Positions 36,750 through 47,763 of a stretch of DNA of 64,000 bases are shown here, piece by piece. Positions within the stretch are counted from its first letter, which is position 1, and each line of letters starts with the position of its first letter. The position numbers and the translations under genes were made by a program. The notes beneath the pieces are model-generated. The model made no database searches, was not told the origin of the DNA, and was given only the letters and a program-made list of their open reading frames with translations. Origin of the DNA: an uncultured bacterium (GTDB taxonomy: Bacteria > Pseudomonadota > Gammaproteobacteria > Pseudomonadales > JADFDG01); contig CBDDRC010000042.1 in assembly GCA_965232985.1 (NCBI GenBank), positions 361,907-425,906 on the forward strand, read 5' to 3'.

Positions 36750-37454
36750 TCATCCGCCGTTGCCCGGCGCAGGCTTCTGCGCCGGCGTTTTTTTCACGGC
36801 AGCGGCCTTGCCTTTGGCAGCGGCCCCTTTGGCGCCGGCAGCAGGTGTCTTCGGCGCGGGGGCTGCAGCTGCCGATCCATGTTCGAAAATCGGATTCACG
36901 CCAGGCTGATACACCGTGGTGCCCAGCACCAGCTTGCCGTTCTCGCGGACGTAGGGGATGAAGACCAAGCGCGGCGCACCGCGACGATGATCAACCTCGG
37001 CGCGGATACCGTTGACGCGCATCGTGCCGTCCGTGGTCGGCACCGACGTCGGCGCCACGGTGACGGCGGCAACCACGTCGGGTTTCGCCGCCTGCGCGCG
37101 GGTCGCGAGGAAAATCTGGCGGAACATCTCGATCGGCGGCGGCGGGTTCGGTTTGTTCCAGCGCACCGCCTGCAGCTTGCCGTCGGTCATCAGCAGGACG
37201 CCATAGGGAGCAAAGTCATCCCCTTTCTGCAACGGTGCGGATGCCCCCTGCACCGCCATCTCGACCAGCTTGTTCATTTCCACGACGACGTCAGCCGGAA
37301 TTTCATCGGCCGTTGCCGCAGGCACTGCCGCAACGGCCGCCGCCGGGGGATTTGCAGCCGGGGAAGTCGCCGGGTCAACGGGTTTGTTTTCGGCAACGGC
37401 AACCTGTGCCAGGCCAGCCAGCACAACCACCAACGCCGGAATCAGCTTTTTCAT
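36750..37454 (-). CDS. Secreted protein of unknown function with a Lys/Ala/Pro-rich C-terminal tail
   Basis: Signal peptide MKKLIPALVVVLAGLAQVAVA, a globular core, and the tail AAPAPKTPAAGAKGAAAKGKAAAVKKTPAQKPAP. Confidence 0.6.
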   Translation of the reverse strand: MKKLIPALVVVLAGLAQVAVAENKPVDPATSPAANPPAAAVAAVPAATADEIPADVVVEMNKLVEMAVQGASAPLQKGDDFAPYGVLLMTDGKLQAVRWNKPNPPPPIEMFRQIFLATRAQAAKPDVVAAVTVAPTSVPTTDGTMRVNGIRAEVDHRRGAPRLVFIPYVRENGKLVLGTTVYQPGVNPIFEHGSAAAAPAPKTPAAGAKGAAAKGKAAAVKKTPAQKPAPGNGG

Positions 37455-37626
37455 AATCGCTTCAGCAAACTTTATCTAAAGGAGGTGGGAAACCTTAGCA
37501 GAGCATGGTCGGTGGCGACCAGACCGCATGGGCGGTGGTCAAGGCAGCCGGCGGCGACGCGACCGGTTAGAATCTGCGCCCGCCACCTGCCTACAGACCG
37601 TCGCCCTGCCAGAGGAGTTCCATCGC

Positions 37627-38811
37627 ATGTCCAGCCAAGACGCCATTGTCATCGTCAACGCCGCCCGCACCCCGATGGGTGGCCTGCAGGGCAGCCTGGC
37701 CACGCTCACGGCACCGGAACTCGGTGCCGTCGCCATTCGCGAGGCCATCACCCGCGCCGGCCTTGCGCCGGCAGATGTGCAGGAAGTGATTATGGGTTGC
37801 GTGCTGCCCGGCGGCGTCAAGCAGGGCCCGGCGCGGCAGGCGATGCTGCAGGCCGGCATCCCGGCAAGCAGCGGCGCCACCACGATCAACAAGCTGTGCG
37901 GCTCGGGGATGAAGGCGACGATGCTCGCGCACGACCTGATTCGCGCCGGCAGCAACGACATCGTGGTCGCCGGCGGCATGGAAAGCATGTCGCAGGCACC
38001 CTATGTGCTGACAAAAGCGCGCAGCGGTTATCGCCTCGGACACGGCGAACTGAAGGACCACATGTTTCTCGACGGCCTCGAAGACGCGCAGACCGGGCGC
38101 CTCATGGGCTCCTTCGCCCAGGATGTCGCTGACCAGGAAGGCATCAGCCGGGAAGACATGGATGCCTTCGCGCTGGAATCACTCAAGCGCGCCCAGAATG
38201 CCATCCGCAGCGGCGCCTTCAAGGCCGAGATTGTCGGGGTGCCGGTGCCGGGAAAATCCGGCGAAACACTGGTGCTTGATGACGAGCAACCACTGAACGC
38301 GAAACCGGAAAAAATTCCCACCCTGAAACCCGCCTTCAAAAAAGACGGCACTATTACCGCTGCCAACTCGTCGTCGATTTCCGACGGCGCCTCGGCGATC
38401 GTGCTGACGCGCGCATCGGTGGCGAGCGCACGCGGCCTGAAAGCGCAGGCGCGCATCGTTGCGCATGCGACACATTCACGTCACCCCGGTGAATTTACTC
38501 TCGCCCCGATCGGCGCCATCGAAAAGGTGTTGGCCAAAGCCGGCTGGAAAACCGGCGATGTCGAGCTGTGGGAAATCAACGAAGCATTCGCCATGGTCAC
38601 CATGCTGCCGATGCGCAAGTACGGCCTCGATCATGCAACGGTGAACGTCTACGGCGGCGCCTGCGCCCTGGGTCACCCGATCGGCTCTTCGGGTTCGCGC
38701 ATCATCATCACGCTGATTCATGCGCTCCGGCAGCATGGCAAGAAAAGGGGGGTGGCGGCACTGTGCATTGGCGGCGGCGAGGCCACGGCGGTGGCGATCG
38801 AACTGCTCTGA
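37627..38811 (+). CDS. Acetyl-CoA C-acetyltransferase (thiolase II)
   Basis: 394 aa. NKLCGSGMKA active-site Cys and the C-terminal GGACALGHPIG and CIGGGEA motifs. Confidence 0.9.
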   Translation: MSSQDAIVIVNAARTPMGGLQGSLATLTAPELGAVAIREAITRAGLAPADVQEVIMGCVLPGGVKQGPARQAMLQAGIPASSGATTINKLCGSGMKATMLAHDLIRAGSNDIVVAGGMESMSQAPYVLTKARSGYRLGHGELKDHMFLDGLEDAQTGRLMGSFAQDVADQEGISREDMDAFALESLKRAQNAIRSGAFKAEIVGVPVPGKSGETLVLDDEQPLNAKPEKIPTLKPAFKKDGTITAANSSSISDGASAIVLTRASVASARGLKAQARIVAHATHSRHPGEFTLAPIGAIEKVLAKAGWKTGDVELWEINEAFAMVTMLPMRKYGLDHATVNVYGGACALGHPIGSSGSRIIITLIHALRQHGKKRGVAALCIGGGEATAVAIELL

Positions 38812-38864
38812 ACCCACATCGGCGTTCCCGGTCATGCGCGGGGAACGCCAATCCCGGGCACATC

Positions 38865-38894
38865 TTGTGACCGGACGGTCACAGCCTCTAGAAT
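38865..38894 (+). promoter_or_regulatory. Sigma70-like promoter (TTGTGA-N18-TAGAAT) overlapped by the palindrome TGTGACC-N4-GGTCACA
   Basis: -35 at 38865-38870, -10 at 38889-38894, palindrome at 38866-38883. About 60 nt upstream of the acyl-CoA synthetase ATG. Confidence 0.5.
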
Positions 38895-38953
38895 CGCTGC
38901 TTTCGCTGCCCGCATTCACCCCGCCCCCGGCAAAAACCGAGATACCGAGTCCC

Positions 38954-40666
38954 ATGGCTGCCACCGAAGCCCTCCAGGATCGTCCCTGGCACAAGATCTA
39001 CCGTGAACTGGGTGTCGCGCCCGCAGCGCCGAAAATCGCTGAACGCAGTCTGGCCGACATCCTTGAGCAACACGCTCGCGAGCGCCCCGATCAGGCCGCA
39101 CTCGAGTACCTCGGCATCACCCTCACCTGGCAGCAACTCGATACCTGCGCCAATCGCTTCGCCAACCTGATCAAGTCGCTCGGCATGAAAAAAGGCGATG
39201 TGCTCGGCGTGCACCTGCCGAACACGCCGCAATATGTCGTCGCGCTCATCGGCGCCAGCAAGCTGGGCGTTGCCGTTTCCGGCATCTCGCCGCTGCTCAC
39301 CACACCGGAAATCGTCCACCAGATCAACGACGCCCGAATCAAGGTGTTGCTCACTCTCGACAAACTGTTCAACGGCGCCGTCGCAAACGCCGGTAAAGAC
39401 ACACCAACCCTGCAACATGTGCTGGTATCGGGTGCCATTGATTTCCTGCCGGGCTGGAAAAAGTGGCTCGCCTACACGCTGAAAAAAATCGCGAAGGTGA
39501 CGCTGCAGCCGATGACCGACACCCAGGTTCACAACTACTGGGCGGTGTTGCAATCATCACCGACGCAACGCGTCCACACGCCGCTTGCCTTCAACGATAC
39601 GCTCTACATCCAGTACACCGGCGGCACTACCGGCAAACCCAAGGGCGCCGAACTGACCCTGCGCAACATGCTCGCCAATGCCCGCCAGGGCGAAGCGTTC
39701 AGCCCCTACGAGGTGGGCAACGACACCATCGGTGCGGCCTTTCCGTTCTTTCACATGGCCGGCCTGTCGCTGGTGCTGGTCGCGCTGCAGAATGCCGCAC
39801 GTTTCCTGGTGATTCCCGACCCGCGCGACGTCAAGCACTTCTGCGCCGTGATGAAAAAATACCCGCCGACGGTGCTCGCCAATGTGCCGACGCTGTACAT
39901 GCTGCTCAGCGACACACCGGAATTCCGCGAGATCGATTTTTCGCGTTTACGCATTGCCCTGTCGGGCGCGGCGCCTTTTCCGGTCGAAGCCATCCGCAAG
40001 CTTGAGGCGATCATCGGCGAGAAAAAACTCTGCGAGGTGTACGGGATGACGGAGGCAAGCCCCCTGCTCACCTCCAATCCGGCCGGGCGGCCGAAAATCG
40101 GCTCGGTCGGCATCCCGGTGATCGGCACCGACATCCGTATTGTCGATGTGGAAACCGGCACCCGGGAAATGCCGCTCGGTGAGCCCGGCGAAATCATCGC
40201 CCGCGGCCCGCAGATCATGAAGGGTTACCTGAACCTGCCGGAGGCCAGCGCGAACACGCTGCGCACGTTCGACGGCCACACCTACCTGTATACCGGCGAC
40301 ATCGCGACCATGGACAGCGAGGGCTACCTCACCATCTGCGACCGCAGCAAGGACATGCTGATCGTCGGCGGCTACAAGGTGTTCTCGGTCGAAGTGGAAG
40401 GAAAACTCAAGGAGCTGCCGTTTATCGAGTTGTCGGCTGTCATCGCCGAGCGCGATGTGGCGCGCCCCGGCAACGACATCGTCACGCTGCACCTGCAGCT
40501 CACCGCCCAAGGCAAGCAAGGCGAGCGCAAAGACATCGAAGCGCAGGTAATGCAGTTCTGTCGCGACAACATGGCTCCCTACAAAGTGCCGAAGAAAATC
40601 TACTTCCACGATGCGCTGCCGCTCACAGCCGTCGGCAAGCTCGACAAGAAAGCGCTGCGCAACTAA
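38954..40666 (+). CDS. AMP-dependent acyl-CoA synthetase/ligase (FadD-like)
   Basis: YTGGTTGKPKGA AMP-binding motif, GYKV and the C-terminal K of the ANL fold. 570 aa from ATG 38954. Confidence 0.85.
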   Translation: MAATEALQDRPWHKIYRELGVAPAAPKIAERSLADILEQHARERPDQAALEYLGITLTWQQLDTCANRFANLIKSLGMKKGDVLGVHLPNTPQYVVALIGASKLGVAVSGISPLLTTPEIVHQINDARIKVLLTLDKLFNGAVANAGKDTPTLQHVLVSGAIDFLPGWKKWLAYTLKKIAKVTLQPMTDTQVHNYWAVLQSSPTQRVHTPLAFNDTLYIQYTGGTTGKPKGAELTLRNMLANARQGEAFSPYEVGNDTIGAAFPFFHMAGLSLVLVALQNAARFLVIPDPRDVKHFCAVMKKYPPTVLANVPTLYMLLSDTPEFREIDFSRLRIALSGAAPFPVEAIRKLEAIIGEKKLCEVYGMTEASPLLTSNPAGRPKIGSVGIPVIGTDIRIVDVETGTREMPLGEPGEIIARGPQIMKGYLNLPEASANTLRTFDGHTYLYTGDIATMDSEGYLTICDRSKDMLIVGGYKVFSVEVEGKLKELPFIELSAVIAERDVARPGNDIVTLHLQLTAQGKQGERKDIEAQVMQFCRDNMAPYKVPKKIYFHDALPLTAVGKLDKKALRN

Positions 40667-40712
40667 CCACGCAAGTCACATCCACGTCGTTTTCTGTTGA
40701 GAAATATCCCGC

Positions 40713-42608
40713 ATGCAGAGGCTTCCTGTCATCGTCGGTTTCGGCGGCATCAACGCCGCCGGACGCAGCTCCTTCCACCACGGCTATCGCCGTATGACCC
40801 TCGACGCATTACCCGCTGCCGATCGCATTCCGGCGCTGCTGGGTCTTGCCACGCTCACCGGTCGCCTCGTCCATCGCAACGGCCACTTCGAAGATGCTGG
40901 CGGCAACGTGCTGGCGCCAGCGGATATCGAGTCCACCCTCGGCGCGGCCTTGCGCGATGCCACCTGCGTGCGCCGTATCGAAGCGGAACATTTCGATACC
41001 GAGGCGATTTCCTATAACCGGCGCGTCGCCCTGAAAGCCGGCAGCGGGCCGATCCGGGTTGTGCTGCGCAAGCGCGATATGCCGGATACGTTGCCCGCAA
41101 ACTGGTCGATCGTTGCGACGCATGCAGACGATGTCGAGATTGCTATCGCCGAGGGCATCGAGATTCTGCTGCCTGCCACCCGCAAAGCGGGCGTGCGTTC
41201 TGCCGGCCAGTTGCCGCAGGGCTTCGATCCGGGTGCGCTCTACGCGTCGCATCACCATCCGCGCGGATTGCAAATGGCCGTGTTCGCCGCCTCGGACGCC
41301 CTGCTCGCCACCGGCCTCGACTGGCAGGCGATTCGCAACATGCTGCCGCCGGATCAGGTGGCCGTGTATGCCAGCAGCGCGATGGGTCAACTCGATGACC
41401 CGGGCTTCGGCGGCATGATGAAGGCCGCCGCCAACGGCAAGCGCACCTCATCGAAGCAATGCCCGCTGGGCTTCCCGGAAATGCCTGCCGATTTCATCAA
41501 TGCCTATGTGCTCGGCAATGCCGGCGCCACCGGCGGTATGCTCGGTGCCTGCGCAACATTTTTGTACAACCTCGAAAAAGGGATTCGCGACATCCGCTGC
41601 GGCAAACGCCGCGTAGTGTTTGTCGGTGCTGCCGAGGCGCCGATCGTGCCGGAAGTGATGGAAGGCTATCGCGCCATGGGCGCGCTCGGTGAAGACAGCG
41701 ATCTGCTCGCACTCGATCCGCACCGCAGCGAACCGGATCATCGCCGCGCCGTGCGCCCGTTCAGCACCAACATCGGCTTCACCATCGCCGAGAGCGCGCA
41801 GTATCTGGTGCTGATGGACGATGCGCTGGCACTGGAGCTGGGCGCGTTCATCCACGGCGCCGCCCCCGAGGTGTACATCAACGCCGACGGCTACAAGAAA
41901 TCGATTTCCGCGCCCGGTGCCGGCAACTACATCACGATGGCCAAGGCTGCCGCCTGCGCCCGGGCGCTACTGGGCGAGGAGGCGTTGCGCCGGCACACTT
42001 TCGTGCATGCGCACGGCACCGGCACCCCACAAAACCGCACCACCGAATCGCATGTGCTCAACGAAACCGCGAAAGCCTTCGGCATCGAACGCTGGCTGGT
42101 CGCGGCGATCAAGTGCTATGTAGGGCATTCGATCGGTGCGGCGGCCGGCGATCAGATCGCCGCTGCGTTAGGCACCTGGGCTCACGGCATCGTGCCCGGC
42201 ATCGCCACCATCAATCATGTCGCGCCCGACGTGAACGACTCCCACCTCGACATCTCGCCTGCGCACCGCGAGGTCGGCCCTGACGGCATGGCGGCAGCGC
42301 TGATCAACGCGAAGGGCTTCGGTGGCAACAATGCCACCGGTGTCATCCTGTCACCGCAAGCCACCCGGCAACTGCTGGCTGCGCGCCACGGTGCGCGTGC
42401 GCTCGACAACTGGCAACACCAACATGAAGCAATCGCCACAGCAGCCGGCGCCTACGATGCCGCCGCAACGCGCGGCGAGTATGCGCCGCTTTACCGCTTC
42501 GGCGAGGGCGTGATCGACGGCAAACAGGTGCGCATTACCGATCGCGCCGTGCACCTGCCAGGCTTTGCATTGCCGGTGCGCCTTGACGACGATCTGTCGG
42601 GCGCCTGA
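40713..42608 (+). CDS. fabY: FabY-type beta-ketoacyl-ACP synthase (KAS I/II-fold initiation enzyme)
   Basis: 631 aa. The N-terminus MQRLPVIVGFGGINAAGRSSFHHGYRRM resembles my recollection of Pseudomonas FabY (PA5174) (from memory, not aligned). Cys-His-His triad contexts GACATF, HGTGTPQN and YVGHSIGAAAG. Confidence 0.75.
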   Translation: MQRLPVIVGFGGINAAGRSSFHHGYRRMTLDALPAADRIPALLGLATLTGRLVHRNGHFEDAGGNVLAPADIESTLGAALRDATCVRRIEAEHFDTEAISYNRRVALKAGSGPIRVVLRKRDMPDTLPANWSIVATHADDVEIAIAEGIEILLPATRKAGVRSAGQLPQGFDPGALYASHHHPRGLQMAVFAASDALLATGLDWQAIRNMLPPDQVAVYASSAMGQLDDPGFGGMMKAAANGKRTSSKQCPLGFPEMPADFINAYVLGNAGATGGMLGACATFLYNLEKGIRDIRCGKRRVVFVGAAEAPIVPEVMEGYRAMGALGEDSDLLALDPHRSEPDHRRAVRPFSTNIGFTIAESAQYLVLMDDALALELGAFIHGAAPEVYINADGYKKSISAPGAGNYITMAKAAACARALLGEEALRRHTFVHAHGTGTPQNRTTESHVLNETAKAFGIERWLVAAIKCYVGHSIGAAAGDQIAAALGTWAHGIVPGIATINHVAPDVNDSHLDISPAHREVGPDGMAAALINAKGFGGNNATGVILSPQATRQLLAARHGARALDNWQHQHEAIATAAGAYDAAATRGEYAPLYRFGEGVIDGKQVRITDRAVHLPGFALPVRLDDDLSGA

Positions 42609-42631
42609 TTCAGCACCTCTGATGCAACGCC

Positions 42632-44221
<1,590 letters not shown>

Positions 44222-44291
44222 AGCGCCGGGCAAAGTCGGAGGGCGCGCATTATAGCGCCCCGCGTGCAGGCCGCCGGCGCACGAATCGGGG

Positions 44292-44750
44292 CTAGATCGC
44301 CCGCGCCATGATGATGGCGTCTTCACAGCCGCCACCGGGCCGCGGGTAATAATCGCGACGCACCGCGACCTCGGCAAAGCCCTGATCGCGGTACAAGGTG
44401 AGCGCCGGCGTGTTGCCGGCCCGGACTTCAAGAAACAACTGGTCGGCCTCGCGCAGTCGTGCTGCATCCATCAGCGCCGCCAGCAACAGCTGGGCAATGC
44501 CCTGCCGGCGATGTGCCGGATCAACGACGATATTCAGTACATGCGCATCGCCACCGCCGGAGGAAAGAATCGCGAACGCAACCACGCACCCGTCACGATC
44601 GATCGCGACCGTGTTCCAGTAATCGGCCGCCAGGCAATCGCGAATGATGCCCTCGGTCCAGGGCACCGGCTGGCTGGCCCGTTCGATGCGCAACACCGCC
44701 GGCACATCAGCGGCCGTCATCGTGCGCAAACTGATCAACGGCAAGTTCAT
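44292..44750 (-). CDS. rimI: Ribosomal-protein-alanine N-acetyltransferase
   Basis: GNAT motif [10 protein letters not shown]. 152 aa. ATGA overlap with the upstream holD-like gene. Confidence 0.8.
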   Translation of the reverse strand: MNLPLISLRTMTAADVPAVLRIERASQPVPWTEGIIRDCLAADYWNTVAIDRDGCVVAFAILSSGGGDAHVLNIVVDPAHRRQGIAQLLLAALMDAARLREADQLFLEVRAGNTPALTLYRDQGFAEVAVRRDYYPRPGGGCEDAIIMARAI

Positions 44751-45523
44751 CCGCGCGGCACGCGACGCAGCGAACGTACTGCTTCCCAGCACGCACGCTT
44801 GGCCTGCGGATCGGCGAGCAACACCGCCAACGCCGGCGCCCTGGCCTGCACCATGTTCTGCCGGGTGATCGCATCGCCGAGCAACGTCGCCAGCTCAGCA
44901 CCGAGCACGACGACATCGCGCACTCCCCGCTTGCGCTGTTCGGTGAGCATCGCGACCAGAGCTTCGCGGCCGGCACCGGGTTTTTCCATGCCCGGCACGC
45001 GCATCCCGGCCGGTGGCCAGGAAAAATCGAGGGTAGCCGGCAACTCGGCGCCCGGCACCAGCGCCGCAGCAATATTGGCCAGCAGCGCGTGTTCCGGGCC
45101 GGACAGGCCCGGCGCCTGTGGTGTGCCAAACGCGGCGACGAGCAACAGGCCATCAGCGAGCGGCAGCAAGCTGCAACCGATGCGCTCGGCGCCGTCGCGT
45201 GCTGCCGGCGATGTCGGTTCGGTGCCCGCAACACCCGGCATTTCCGGCGCCGATGTACGCGGCGCCGGGCGCCCGCTGGCCGCCTGCGCCAACATGGCAT
45301 CGAGTTGCGCATTGCGCTCGGCAGGCAGCGCAACGGGCGCAGCCGCCGGAGCCGCAGCGGTGCGCTTCACAGCAGCATCGGGCGCATCAGACACATCCGC
45401 ACCCGGCGACTGCGCCTCGGCGACACCATCACCCGCAGCGTCGCGCCCGGCGCGCGGCACCCACTGCTCAATGCCCAGCAGCGCCAGATAGGCAAGCCGG
45501 GTCGCTTCGGGCATGGCCATCAT
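44747..45523 (-). CDS. holD: Probable DNA polymerase III psi subunit, long form
   Basis: N-terminal LALLGIEQWVPR resembles E. coli LQQLGITQWSLRR, and C-terminal LLADPQAKRACWEAV resembles LRANPTARAALWQQI. Conserved holD-rimI coupling. Ala/Pro-rich insertion. Confidence 0.6.
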   Translation of the reverse strand: MMAMPEATRLAYLALLGIEQWVPRAGRDAAGDGVAEAQSPGADVSDAPDAAVKRTAAAPAAAPVALPAERNAQLDAMLAQAASGRPAPRTSAPEMPGVAGTEPTSPAARDGAERIGCSLLPLADGLLLVAAFGTPQAPGLSGPEHALLANIAAALVPGAELPATLDFSWPPAGMRVPGMEKPGAGREALVAMLTEQRKRGVRDVVVLGAELATLLGDAITRQNMVQARAPALAVLLADPQAKRACWEAVRSLRRVPRG

Positions 45524-45529
45524 CGACGC

Positions 45530-47074
45530 TCAGATACCCGCGGTCTGCGGGTGGGCACGCCGGGCGCCGGAAGCGAGCACATTGAGGGCGTCGAGATAGG
45601 CTTTCGCGGAGGCCACGAGGATGTCGGTATCGGCACCATGACCGTTGACGATACGACCGCCCTGCTCAAGGCGTACGGTCACCTCGCCCTGCGAATCGGT
45701 GCCACTGGTAATCGCATTCACCGAATACAACTGCAACGCGGTATTGCTCGCCGCAATTTTCTCGATCGCCCTGAACGTGGCGTCGACCGGGCCGGAGCCT
45801 GCCGCCACTGCCGACTCCTCGCGGCCATCAACGCGCAGGCGGATGGAAGCCTGCGGCGTTGCGCCGGTCTTCGAGTACACCTCAAGAAAATCCAGCCCGT
45901 AATATTCATCGACCAGTGCGCGCTCGACATCGGTTACCAGCGCCTGCAGATCTTCGTCGAAAATCTCGTGCTTTTTGTCGGCGAGCGTCTTGAAGCGCTC
46001 GAATGCCGCCTGGAATTCGCTGTCAGTGGCGAAGGCGATACCGAGTTCCTCCAGCCGCGCCTTGAACGCAGCACGCCCGGAGTGCTTGCCGAGCACCATG
46101 CGGTTGGTATGCCAGCCGACATCCTCGGCGCGCATGATTTCGTAGGTCTCGCGATGTTTGAGCACACCGTCCTGGTGAATGCCCGATTCGTGCGCAAAAG
46201 CATTGGCGCCGACGATGGCCTTGTTCGGCTGCACCGGAAAACCGGTGATGCCGGCCACCAGCCGCGAGGTGGGAACGATCTCGCGGGTATCAATGCGCGT
46301 GTCGATCCCGAACAGATCCTGACGGGTCTTCACCGCCATCACGATTTCCTCAAGCGCCGCATTGCCGGCACGCTCACCCAAGCCGTTGACCGTGCACTCA
46401 ACCTGGCGCGCCCCGGCGCGCACGGCAGCCAGCGAGTTGGCGACAGCAAGCCCCAGGTCGTTGTGGCAATGCACACTGAAGATTGCCTGATGCGCGTTCG
46501 GAACGCGCAGAAGCAGCTGCCGGATGGTTTCAGCATATTGTTCGGGAATCGAGTACCCGACGGTGTCGGGAATATTGATGGTGCGCGCCCCGGCCTTGAT
46601 GACCTGCTCAACCAGGCGACACATGAAATCAAGGTCGGAACGGCCGGCATCTTCACAGGAAAACTCGACGTCCTCGCACAGCGAGCGGGCGCGCTTTACC
46701 GCATGCACGGCCGCTGCGAGCACCGCATCGGGCTCCATCTTGAGCTTGTATTTCATGTGAATCGCACTGGTGGCGATGAAAGTGTGGATACGCGCTGCGG
46801 CGGCGCCCCTGAGCGCCTCGCCGGCGCGATCGATATCGGCATCCTTCGCGCGTGCCAACGAGCAAACGCGGGAATCCCTGATGATCCCGGCTATCGCCTG
46901 CACCGCCTCGAAATCGCCCTGGCTCGCGATCGCAAAACCGGCCTCGATCACGTCCACCCGCATGCGCTCCAGCGCCCTGGCAATGCGGATCTTCTCGTCT
47001 TTCGTCATCGACGCGCCGGGACTCTGTTCGCCGTCGCGCAAGGTGGTGTCAAAAATGATCAGTGGGTCAGTCAT
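45530..47074 (-). CDS. leuA: 2-isopropylmalate synthase
   Basis: 514 aa from ATG 47074. [26 protein letters not shown], and a C-terminal LeuA dimerisation/regulatory domain. Confidence 0.93.
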   Translation of the reverse strand: MTDPLIIFDTTLRDGEQSPGASMTKDEKIRIARALERMRVDVIEAGFAIASQGDFEAVQAIAGIIRDSRVCSLARAKDADIDRAGEALRGAAAARIHTFIATSAIHMKYKLKMEPDAVLAAAVHAVKRARSLCEDVEFSCEDAGRSDLDFMCRLVEQVIKAGARTINIPDTVGYSIPEQYAETIRQLLLRVPNAHQAIFSVHCHNDLGLAVANSLAAVRAGARQVECTVNGLGERAGNAALEEIVMAVKTRQDLFGIDTRIDTREIVPTSRLVAGITGFPVQPNKAIVGANAFAHESGIHQDGVLKHRETYEIMRAEDVGWHTNRMVLGKHSGRAAFKARLEELGIAFATDSEFQAAFERFKTLADKKHEIFDEDLQALVTDVERALVDEYYGLDFLEVYSKTGATPQASIRLRVDGREESAVAAGSGPVDATFRAIEKIAASNTALQLYSVNAITSGTDSQGEVTVRLEQGGRIVNGHGADTDILVASAKAYLDALNVLASGARRAHPQTAGI

Positions 47075-47097
47075 GGGGCCTCCGGTCGAGCCGGCGA

Positions 47098-47715
47098 TTA
47101 TACGGCCCGGAAGCACGCCTGCCGTGCCTGCGAGCGGCGCCACAGCAACGCCGTGACCGGCAGGGCGGCAAATGCCCCGTAGAGGTGGGCATCAACCATC
47201 ACGGCGCCACCGATGGTTGCCTGCATGTAGTGAATGTCGTAGCCCGGCTGCTGTTCGAACCAGATCCGCGCGGCCATCGCCACGAACACAATGCCGTTGA
47301 TCAACGGCGTATGCCGGAAACTGAGCAGCAACCCGGCAAACAGCAGCGTATGCAGGACGCCGGAAATGCCGAGGTAGTAGCGAACCTCGGGGTTCAGGAA
47401 CCACAGACCAAGGCTGACCACGATCGCACCGGCCGTCATCGCCACGGCCCAATCGCGCGGCGCAAACACATCGCGGAAAAACAGCAGCAGCAAGGCAAGA
47501 CCGGTGCCGTCCAGCAACAGATGGCCGAAACCCAGGTGCACGAAATTGCCGCTCAACAACCGCCACCACTGCCCGGCCGCAATCAGCGCGCGATCATAAC
47601 GCAGCACCTCACGCGGGCCATCGCCGGCAACGGCCAGCAACGCCACCAGCAATAACGTAGCGACAGAAAACGCGATCTCGCTTCGCGTCCAGCGCGGCGT
47701 AAACAATCCGAACAT
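47098..47715 (-). CDS. rrtA: Rhombosortase (rhomboid-family intramembrane serine protease)
   Basis: 205 aa with 6 hydrophobic helices. [21 protein letters not shown] motif, catalytic GISGVLH, and His in DAHLYGA. Confidence 0.8.
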   Translation of the reverse strand: MFGLFTPRWTRSEIAFSVATLLLVALLAVAGDGPREVLRYDRALIAAGQWWRLLSGNFVHLGFGHLLLDGTGLALLLLFFRDVFAPRDWAVAMTAGAIVVSLGLWFLNPEVRYYLGISGVLHTLLFAGLLLSFRHTPLINGIVFVAMAARIWFEQQPGYDIHYMQATIGGAVMVDAHLYGAFAALPVTALLWRRSQARQACFRAV

Positions 47716-47763
47716 GCGGGATTCCGTGCAATCCTGGAGGCGAACCTGAGGGTGGATACTGGC

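Noticed and set aside
45089-47182. 697-aa ORF antisense to leuA/holD
   Set aside because: Shadow ORF with Arg-rich composition. LeuA motifs are on the minus strand.
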